Below, in pieces: positions 46,427 through 64,000 of a DNA stretch of 64,000 bases; the first letter of the stretch is position 1; every line of letters begins with the position of its first letter. Below the pieces are notes generated by a model. It did no database searches and was not told where the DNA came from. It saw nothing but the letters and a program-made list of their open reading frames with translations. The DNA is taken from the NCBI GenBank assembly GCA_004431415.1, contig QPMI01000409.1:434001-498000 (forward strand), given 5' to 3'. Source of the DNA: Cyanophora paradoxa CCMP329 (Eukaryota; Plantae; Glaucophyta). The translations under genes and the position numbers were made by a program.

Positions 46427-47677
46427 TAATGCATGATGAAGGGTGATCAAGGGCGCGTCGACGCGTACCCTAGCTATAGGCCTGAACCCTGGTACGCGGC
46501 GTACTAAGCGTGTGTACGCGTGACGTCGACGCAGCCGTGGCCCGTGGGCCGTGGCCCATAAGAACGTACGTCGACGTCACGCTCTGCGGCAGTGGTCCGG
46601 CGTATTTAGATTATTCGAGAAGAATTTCATTATTTCGCGAATGATTTTAATTGCAATTGGGTACGTATATGTGCTTATGCTCGATGGCAGGCATTGGCAG
46701 CTGCCATGGCCAGTGCAGCTGCAGCTGCAGTGCCCCCAGTGGGGCCGGGGCGCCGCCGGCCGCGGGCCCCCCACGTGCACTGGGTCCCCACTGACTCCCC
46801 AGTGACCCTGGCAGAGCGGCCCGGGCCGCCCGGCCCACTAGTTCTGCCCCGCGGTCGGCGCGCGGCCGGGCGCTGGCGCCGCGCGGCGGCCGCCGGGGCG
46901 CCGGGCGCGGCGCCGCGCGCGCGGGGTTTACGTATACGTACGTGCTTAATTTGCGTTTAATATATATATTATATAAATCTCGAAAATTGAAATTCCATAA
47001 AATTTGCTGCTATATTGCAGACGCTCGCGCTCGGCATGGCCAGCTGCAGGCTGCAGCCTGCAGGGGATCGAGTTCGGTCGACGTCCGGAACTTCGCCGCA
47101 GTCTTCGCGGTCCGGTACCGTATAGTACGGTGGTTCCGGCCGCGGGTGGTACCGGCTCACCGTACCTGCTGCTCCCGTTGCCCGCCAAGCAGCACAGGAA
47201 TCCTCGCGAGAAGGAGCTCGTCTGCCGATCAGATCGAAATCTGGCCTCGGAAGGCGCAGGAGTGCTAAAGCTTGGTGTTCTCCGGTCCCCGTCAAAAGAC
47301 TCTACTGGAGTGCGTTTTGATCTTCTCTGTGCTGGTTCGGCTCTGGCAGTTTGCTGCTCTGCTGACGAAATCTCACAAAGGCGCTCACGCAGGGCCCACC
47401 ACTTGCACGCGCTTGGCCCCCCGCGACTGCCGAGCGAGTCATTGAGATAGAGGATTTCAACGCTGGAGGTGCGTACAGAGGAGCTCTGTAAAAGCTCGCT
47501 AGAACCTGTGGAAGGCTCGCGGGTTAGGCTGGAGGGGTCCGAGGGGATCTGCCCGGCTCAGATCGGCCGAGCCTCCCCGCGCGTGCCGGCGTGTGCGGCG
47601 CTGATATTCAGTTGCAGTGAGCCCGGCAGCACACAGCCGCGCCCAGCGGCAGGCAGCCAGGCCACAGGTCCTCTGCG

Positions 47678-55607
<7,930 letters not shown>

Positions 55608-56357
55608 GACTAGCTAGCTGCAGCCGCAGCTCGAAGGCCGCCCCTTCATCCACCAGCATCGCAAGCATGTGCATATGCCTCCGTACGTGTCAGTCGCCCG
55701 TTGCGCGATTGAGTGTCTTCATGTCCGACGGTCAGTCAGCGATGTCATGTCACGATTGCAATGTCAATTGATTTCGATTCATCCGTTGCTCCGAGTTCAA
55801 GTTCAAAATATTGGCTGCGGGCCACTGGGCCAAACGGGCCGGGGCGCCGGCGGCCTTCGCCAAGTCGAATTCCGCATAGTCGGATCCGATGATCCAGGCT
55901 TACCGGAGTACCCAGTACCGTAGTACTACCGTAGTACGGTAGCTGATCATTATCCAAGCGGGGGGGCGGGGCCCCGGGGGCAGGGCGGGGGCCGCATTGG
56001 CACGCGTCCGACGGCCCCCGCTTGGCAATCATTGGATGTGGCACACTGTGACATGCGCTCCGAGGCTCTTTGCATGCCGTCGCGGCCGGCGTGTCCATGC
56101 GCACGCGGGGGCCCCCGCCGGGCCCGGGGCCCAGATTTTGAGACGGATACCTGCCAGGCTGAGATGGGCCCCCGGTACTACGGTAGCCGGGCCGCCGGGC
56201 GGGGGGCCGTCCTCGGGGACTCGCAAAAAGCAGCTGCAGCATCCGAGAAAAAGATATCTCCTCACATTCCCCACACACATTATCTGCCCAACAAACTGAA
56301 CTGCAAAGCGAACAAAACTGGCCGGCGGGGGCCGGCGGGGCGCTCCGGCTGCGGCCC

Positions 56358-59300
56358 TCACTTCTTGGCGGCGACGGGGGTCTCGAGGATGCGGTCGATA
56401 ACCGACGGGTCCTCCAGCGTCGACGTGTCCTGCCCCGGCCCGTCAGGCCCCCGGCCCCTCCCCGGCGCAGCGGGCCGGGGGCGCGCCTGCGTGATCGGCT
56501 GCCCCGCGGCGATGGCGCGCAGGATGCGGCGCATGATCTTCCCCGATCGCGTCTGCCGCGGCGCCCCGGGTCAGACCGCGTCGGGTCGGATCGCATCCGA
56601 TCTGATAGGACGGGGGCGGGCCTTGGGGAGGCCGGGGACGGGCCGGATGACGTCGGCCGAGGCGATGGGGCCGATGCTCTTGCGGATGACCCCGTTCACC
56701 GCCTGCCCCGCCCCGCAAAGTCAGGCGGCGGAGGGCGGGCGACGGGGCGGGGCGGCGGCGGGCCTTGAAGACGGCGGCGTCGTCCTGGTCCTTGGCGGCG
56801 TCGCGCAGGACGACGAAGGCGTACACCGCCTCGCCCTGCGCCCCGCCCCCGCCTGAGGCGCGCCCCGGGGCGCCCCCGGCTCCTAGGGCGGACCTTGATG
56901 TCGTCGGGGCGGGGCACGACGGCGCACTCGGCGACGAGGGGCGACTGCTGGATCGCCGCCTCGATCTCGGCGGTGCCGAGGCGGTGGCCCGACACGTTGA
57001 TGACGTCGTCGACGCGGCCCGTGATCCAGACGTAGCCCTCCGAGTCGTAGATGGCGCCGTCGCCCGAGAAGTAGACGGGGTGGCCCTCCTTCTTGGCCAC
57101 CCCGAAGTAGCCCGCCTCGAAGCGCTCCGGGTTGCCCCAGATCGTCCTGCCGAGAGCTCGGCTCCGGGGCCGGGCCCCGAGGGCCGGCGCGGGGGCACCG
57201 GATCATGGAGGGCCAGGGCTTGGTGATGCAGAGGAGGCCCTTGTGGTGCGGCTGGCAGCGCACCCCGTTCTCGTCGAGGATCTCCGCCATGAGGCCCGGC
57301 AGCGGCAGCGTCGCCGAGCCGGGCTTCGTGGGGGTCACCCCCGGGAGGGGCGAGATGACGTGCCCGCCCGTCTCCGTCTGCCACCACGTGTCCACGATGG
57401 CGCAGCGGCCGGCCCCGATCTTCTCGTTGTACCACTTCCACGCCGCCGGGTTGATAGGCTCCCCGACCGTCCCCAGGACTGCCCCGCGGCGAATCCGGCG
57501 AGTTGGGCGGGGCGCGGGGCAGGCGAGAGGGGGGCGGGAGGGGTCCGGGGCGGGCGCACTGCGGAGGGAGGAGAGGTCGTACTTGGCGGGCTCGTCGGCG
57601 CCCACCTTGTTCAGCAGGCGGATCGCCGTCGGCGCCGTGTAGAACTGCGTCACCTTGTGCTGCGCCCCGCCCCGCGTCAGACCCGGCCCCGCCGGCGGCG
57701 GCGCCGGGGTCTCCGGCGGCGGGAGCGCGCCTGCTCGATCATGCGCCACCAGCGGCCGGCGTCGGGGTGCACGGGAACTCCCTCGTACATGATCGTCGTC
57801 CCACCGCACGCCAGCGGGCCGTACACGCTGTACGTGTGCCCCTGCCCGCCCCCGCCTCAGCCGGGGCGCCCGCGCGGGGCGGGGCGGGACGGGCGGGGCG
57901 GGGCGCACGGTGATCCAGCCGACGTCGGCGGTGCACCAGAAGACGTCGCCGCGCTCCGGGTGCAGGTCGAACACCCACTCCATCGTCATCTGCGCGGCGC
58001 CAGGCGGGCCGCCGCCGCCCCCGCTCAGCGGAGGGGAGCGGGGGGCCGGCAGGGCAAGGGGGGCGGGCCTGGGCCCAGAGGATGTAGCCGGCCTGGGAGT
58101 GCTGGACGCCCTTGGGCTTGCCGGTGGAGCCCGAGGTGTAGAGGAGGAAGAGCGGGTCCTCGCTATCCATCTCCTCCGGCGCGCACTGGCGCACGCGACC
58201 CCGTCAACAAGCGGAACGGCGAGTCGAACGGGCGAGGCCGCGGGGCCTCCGGGCATCCCCAGCCCTGCTCACCTGGTCGGAGACGGAGGGGGCGAGGTCG
58301 TGGAACCAGCGGTCGCGGCCCTCCTTCATCTCCACCGCCTCGCCGTTGCGGCGGAAGACGAGCACGCCCGTCACCACCGCCGCCGCCTCCTCCCGCTGCC
58401 GCCCGCCCCGTCGCCGGCCGCGCGGGCGGTGGAGGGGCGGGCGGGGGCGCGCGCACCGCGACGGCCGAGTCGCAGACGGGCTTGAGGGTGTACGGGCTGC
58501 CGCGCCGGTACGCCCCGTCCGCCGTCACCACCTGCGCCCCGCCGGCCCCGCGCCGTCGGGCCCGGCCCCGCGCGGCGGGCGGCGGCCGGCGGCGGCGGGG
58601 GGCGGGGCGGACGACTTTGGCGCCGGCGTCGGCGATGCGCTCAGCGAGGGCCTCGTCGGAGAAGCCGCCGAAGACTGCGCCGGCGCGCCCCGGGGCCCGG
58701 GGTCCGTGCGCTCGCAAAGCAGGCGAGAGGAGAGTGGGGCGGGCGGGGGGGGGGGGGGGGGGGGGGGCACCGACGGAGTGGACGGCGCCGATGCGGGCGC
58801 AGGCGAGCATCGTGAAGGCCGCCTCGGCGATCATCGGCATGTAGATCACCACACGGTCCCCTGCGCGCGCGCCGGCGCCCCTCAGAGCCCCGCGCCGCCC
58901 CCGCGCCGCCCCCACGGCCCGCCCGCTGACCCTTCTTCACGCCGAAGTGCGTCTTGAGCACGTTGGCGACGCGCGAGACCTGCGCGCGTGGATCAAATCA
59001 GCGATCAAATCCGCCTTGACGCGGGGATCGCGGGCGGGCGGGCCTCGCTCTGCAGCTCCGAGTAGCTGATCTGCGGGCGCCGGTCGGCGCGCGGCGCGCT
59101 TGCGCCGGCGCGTCGGTGGCACCTTGCGAACGTCGCCGTTCTCGCCCTCGAACAGGATCGCCGTGCGGTCCCCGAGGCCGTTCTGCGCCGGCGCCGTCGG
59201 CCGGCCGGCCGGCCCGGGCCGATCGCGCGCGCGCCGGGCGCACCGCAACGTGCCGGTCGATGCACTGGGCGGAGACGTTGAGCTTGCCGCCGTCGAACCA

Positions 59301-60002
59301 GCTGGGGCGGCGCCGTGGGCGCGGATCGGCGAGGCGGCGCCGGGGCGGCGAACCGGTAGAAGGGGGCCTTGGACTCGTCGAGCACGGTCGAGAAGGGCTT
59401 CATCCAGGTGATCTTCTCGTTCGCCATCTGGCCCCAGAAGCTGCGCCCCCGCCCCGTCAGCTAACCGCCACGTGCGCGCCGCGGCGGCCGGCGCCGGCGC
59501 GGACCCCTCGTAGTCCTCGTTGGCGAGCTCGCACAGAGCCCGGTACTGCTCGAAGCTGTGCACGCGCGCATCCCGCGCCACGTGCTCGGGCGGCTGGATG
59601 GAGGGCACGTCGCCGATGATGTCCTCGCCCATCTCCGGCACGGCCTGGGCGGCGCGTCAGGCCGGAGAAATAGATAGTTGGCGATGTTTATGACATGAGC
59701 TAGTGGCCTGGCCGGCCTTCGGAGCCTAGCGCCGGCACTTTCGTCACCTTGACATCGAACGAGGAAACCGGAGGCGCGCTCTCGGCGAGGACACGGAAAG
59801 AGCGCTGACAGCTGATCGAGGAGAACTGCCGGATCGGACGCAGGGCCTCGCCGGTGAAGAACCGGCGGCAAGTCGGCACAGCCCTCGCTGGCCGGCGAAC
59901 CAGCGCCTGCGGGCTGCTGGCGTGCTCCTGAGCCACAGCATGGTGATCGGCGCGGCCGAGGCCGGCCACGGCGCCGGCCGCGCAGACGAACGTCGACGCC
60001 AT
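56358..60002 (-). CDS. acs: Acetyl-CoA synthetase (AMP-forming) with putative plastid transit peptide, multi-exon
   Basis: Leader [12 protein letters not shown]...; [12 protein letters not shown]; [10 protein letters not shown]|GHTY; [12 protein letters not shown]; [22 protein letters not shown]; PGLPK|[12 protein letters not shown]; ends ...PVAAKK*. Confidence 0.96.
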
Positions 60003-60145
60003 CACCCGGGGGTACGTGGTTTGTTTGTCCGTAGTGCGTACCCGCCGGAAGAGTCGAAAAGGCGACACTTTCACTTCGCCGCGTCGGAAGGCGAAAAGGA
60101 GCCGACCAGCAGCACGGCGCGCAGCGGCGCGTGCTGCGTACGGAT
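60003..60145. promoter_or_regulatory. Putative bidirectional promoter between acs and M13 peptidase
   Basis: Divergent ATGs at 60002 (-) and 60146 (+) are separated by 143 bp. Confidence 0.5.
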
Positions 60146-63100
60146 ATGGCGGAACTCTACGGCACGTTCGACAGCGAGGCGGGCGTGCGCGCGCTTCCGG
60201 GCGTCCCCATACCAGCTTCCCCAGGCAAGCGGAGGCGCTTCTTAGTTGCAGGCGTGGGTGCTGCATTCCTCGTACTCGTCGCCTGCGCCACCTTCGGCGC
60301 CCTACAGCCCAGCGCGGACCGCGCGGGAGTGCAGGCGCTCGGCAAACGCGGGAGCCCCACCGCGGGCAGCGCTGCAGGCGACCCACGGAAGCTCGGTTGG
60401 CTCGGTACGCGAGATCCTCCCTAGCTAGGCACGATCCGGCCACAAGATCTACGAGCGCGTCCCCTGGCCGCCCGATCGCGTGACCCCCTCGCGCCGCGCA
60501 GCCGATCATATGTCGCGAGCGATTGACAACAGGTGGGCTAGCTAGGAGCCATGCGGATGCGCTAACCTTGTTAGCTAACGTTGCGTCGAATCGACAACAG
60601 CACCGATCCGTGCGACGATTTCTACGCGTACGCATGTGGGGGCTGGATCAAGAGCGCGGAGCTCCCTCCTGCGAGGCCCCAGTTCCAGATGAACGACGGC
60701 GCGCGCGCCGCCCCGCCCTGCGCGGCCGTGCAGCGCGTCCGTCCCCGGCGCTGACGCGCGGCGGGCGCCGCAGACATGATCCGCGAGCGCGTCATCGAAG
60801 TCCTGAAGGAGATCGTGACGGAGAACCTGCCGATCATCACGCCCCTGTACAAATCCTGCATGGACGAGGCCAAGATCGAGGCGCTCGGCGCCGTGCCCCT
60901 CCGCCCGTGGCTCGAGTCAGCCCGCCCGCCCGCCGCGCTCGCCGCGCGCGCGCTCTCGGTTGATCTGATCCGGCGTGGGCAGGGAGATCTGGGGCGCGGA
61001 CGACAAGCGGGAGCTGCTGTACGTGATCGGGCGGCTGCAGACGGTGGGCGTGCAGGCCCTCTGGAGCTTCGACGTGCAGTTCGACTCGAAGAACCCGTGC
61101 GCCCCCGCCCGGGCCGGCCGGCCGCGCGCCGCCGCCTCGCGACGGTGCAGCGCCGGGGGCGCAGGGAGTACTACATCGCGATGCTGGAGCAGGGCGGCCT
61201 GGTCATCGAGGACGCGCGCATCTACGACGGGAAGGACGAGCTCTCGAAGGCGTACCTGGAGCACGTCACCCGCATGCTCGCCATCGTCCACCCCGAGATG
61301 TCTCCGGTGCCCCGCCCCGCCCCGTCCGCTCCTTCTTCTCGTCACACGGCGGCGGGGCCTCAGGAGGCGGTGGCGGCGCTGGCAAAGCGCGTGTACGACT
61401 TCGAGAACGCGATCGACGACTGCTGGACCTCCCCCCGCAACTTCGACGCGCGCCCCGTCCTGCCGCGCCCCGCCCCGCCCCGCCCCGCCCCCCTCACCGC
61501 GGCGGGACCCCCGGGCAGGACCCGTCGGCGTGGTACCACTACGTGGACATCTCGGGCCTGCAGGCGATGACGCCGGGGATCTGCTGGGACTGCTTCTTCC
61601 GCGGCGCTGGCGCCCGCGGCCGCGTCACCGAGCTCGTCCTCGACATGCCCCGCTTGTCCGCCCCGCCCGCCCCCCCCCCCCCCCCTTCTTCGCGCGGCGC
61701 CACCCGACGCGGGGCGGCGGGGGGCAGCTTCCGGGCGATGGACGACCTGATCGCGATCACCGACCTGGTCACCCTCAAGCACTACACCTCCTGGCTCCTC
61801 GTGCGCTTGCACACTCGCGCCCCCTCGGACGCATGCACCGGCCGGTCCGGGGGGATTCTCACGGGCGCGGCGGGGGCGCAGATCAACAGCGCGGCGCCGC
61901 TGCTCTCGTCGGCGTTCGTGAACGAGCACTTCGACTTCTACGGGCGGCGGCTCTCGGGGCAGAAGGAGATGCGGCCGCGGGCGGACCGGTGCGTGCAGCT
62001 GGTGGACGCGGAGCTGGGGCAGCTGATGGGCCACTACTTCGTGTACCGCGAGTTCCCCGAGGAGGCCAAGCGCGCCGCCCTGCGCGTGGAGGAGAGCGTC
62101 AAGCGCGCCTTCCTCAAGCGCCTCGACGGCGTCGAGTGGATGGACGAGGCCACCCGCCAGAAGGCCCGCCCGCCCGCCCCCCGCAGCCCCTTCCTTCCCT
62201 CAGCCCTCGCCCATCGTAGGCGCGGGCGAAGCTGGGGCTCATGCACGGGCGGATCGGGTACCCGGAGCGGTGGCCCAAGTTCGAGGGCCTCCTGGGCTCC
62301 ATCCAGCCCACGGGCGACCTCCTCCTCGTCAACGCCTTCCGCGGTGCGCTCACAAGGCGCCGCCGCCCAGGCCCCGCGCCCCCGCCCGCGGCTGAGCCGG
62401 CCGCGCCGGGGCGCAGCGCGGCAGTTCCAGCTGCAGCTGAAGGTGGAGAAGATCGGGCGGCTCGGGGACCGGCAGCTCTGGTCCATGAGCGCGGAGACCG
62501 TCAACGCCTACTACGCCCCCGAGCAGAACACCCTCTTCGTCCCGGGTGCGCCCCCAGACCCCCCGCTCCCCCCGCCCCCCGCCCCCCGCCCCCCGCACGC
62601 CGCCGACGCCGGCGTGGGGCGCAGCGGCGCAGATGCTGCCCCCCGACTTCGACCCGGGGTACCCCACCTCGGTGAACTACGGCTACCTCGGCGCCCTCAT
62701 GGCCACGAGATCCTCCACGGCTTCGACGGTACCCCCCCCGCCCCCCCCCCCCCCCCCCCCCCCACACCCACCCGCGGCTTATCCCCCACTTCCAGACGAG
62801 GGCTCCCACTACGACGAGTACGGTACCCTGACGCGCTGGATCGCCAAACCGATCATGGCCGAGTACGCGAAGCGATCCAAGGCCCGCCCGCCCCGCCCCG
62901 CCGCGCCCCGCCCCGCCCCGAGCTTTCCTGACAAGCGGCTGCGTGCGCGGCGCAGTGCGTGGTGAAGCAGTACGACAAGTGCGAGCTCTTCCCCGGCCAC
63001 TTCGTCAGCGGGGAGCAGGTCCTCCGCCCCCCTCCCCTCCCCCACATCCCTAGATCTAACCCCCGCGCCAGACCCTCGCCGAGAATCTCGCCGACACCGG

Positions 63101-63560
63101 CGGCCTGAAGGCGCGCCCCCGCGCGCGCTCGCTTTTTAGAGCCTTGCCCCGTTCTTACACTCCGGCCCAGGTCGCCTACTGGGCGTACGTGGAGGAGGCG
63201 GGGGGCGAGGCGGTGGCGCGGGCGGCGTCGGGGATGCTGCCGGGGTACACGGACGAGCAGCTGTTCTTCCTGGCGTACGGGCAGAGCTGGTGCCAGGTGA
63301 TCTCGCGGGAGCACGCGCTGGAGAACCTCGCGAACGACGAGCACGCCCCGCCCCCCTTCCGCACCAACGTCCCCCTCTCCACCTTCGCCGAGTTCCACCG
63401 CGCCTTCAAGTGCCCCCTCGGCTCCCGCATGCGCCCCGCCGACGCCGACCAGTGCAAGGCCCGCCCCCCGGCCCCCCGCCCCCCCCCCCCCCCCCCCCCC
63501 CCGCCCGCGATCGCTCGGCTGCGCTGACGCGGGGGCCACCGTGATCAGGTCTGGTGGTGA
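60146..63560 (+). CDS. M13 metallopeptidase (neprilysin/ECE-like), type II membrane protein; apparent 1-nt frameshift at ~62702
   Basis: N-terminal TM segment RRRFLVAGVGAAFLVLVA; DPCDDFYAYACGGW; LYKSCMDE; WMDEATRQKA; IGYPE; VNAYY; HEILHGFD; ENLAD; EQLFFLAYGQSWC; ends C|VWW*. Confidence 0.88.
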
Positions 63561-64000
63561 GGCGCCATGGGGCCCAGGGAGGGCCCGCGGCGTCGTCCTG
63601 GCCGGCTGCCTCCGCAGCGCGCATCGCCCTCGTATCCCTCCCCCCTTCTCCAACCCTCGCCCCGCCCCTCCTCGCCTCGTCAACACCCCGCCTCCCCTCG
63701 TCTCCTTTTCCTTCCTGTATGCACTGTATGGACCTCTCCGAGTCTGATGGCCCGATTCCGTTTTATGCCCGGCTCTAGCGCTAGCTATCGTTCTGCTCGC
63801 CTGTATTAATACGTAATCGTAATTAGCCGTTTATGTGTTCAGCCTAGGCCTGGCAGCCTGAAACAAACGTGTACATTTCCTTTTTTCCGATGTTATTTTA
63901 ATGCGATGCCATTTTCAAGCGCTTCTGCAGCTATAGCTAGCGCTAGCGCTGCGCATATGCATGCAGCTGCATATGCGCACATCCGCATGCTGGCGTTTTC

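Noticed and set aside
47241-47268. GAGTGCTAA at 47260-47268, a perfect CIRCE right half-site, tempting given hrcA
   Set aside because: There is no TTAGCACTC at the 9-bp spacing (the sequence there is TGGCCTCGG). A lone 9-mer is plausible by chance, and the expected target is organellar.

Overview
This is gene-dense, very GC-rich eukaryotic nuclear DNA. The ORF track is mostly noise because every gene is broken by many short (~45-80 nt) introns, often GC-AG. Manual splicing gives 12 protein genes: VPS13-like (5' part only), methylmalonyl-CoA mutase, a bacterial-type HrcA repressor, UBP6/USP14, a SMCHD1/GMI1-like GHKL-ATPase-SMC-hinge protein, a myristoylated DUF4062-NACHT-TPR (NPHP3-like) protein, AIP1/WDR1, SRP68, a mitochondrial-type MJ-class P-loop ATPase, RsfS/MALSU1, an ABCC/MRP transporter, acetyl-CoA synthetase and an M13 peptidase (13 counting the partial VPS13). 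There is also one clear TA-flanked MITE. Phe-containing N-terminal presequences (MASTFV..., MAGQEAAFL...) suggest a primary-plastid alga, probably a glaucophyte such as Cyanophora (inference). The best candidate for an undescribed system is the nucleus-encoded, intron-containing HrcA with a transit-peptide-like leader and an added AT-hook, which may give nuclear control of a plastid heat-shock (groESL/CIRCE) regulon. Other highlights: a Campylobacterota-like plastid ACS, self-complementary C-rich/G-rich introns, intergenic DNA built of nested palindromes, and a frameshift at the M13 HExxH motif. Gene ends were read by eye. No database searches were run, so family calls rest on recalled motifs.
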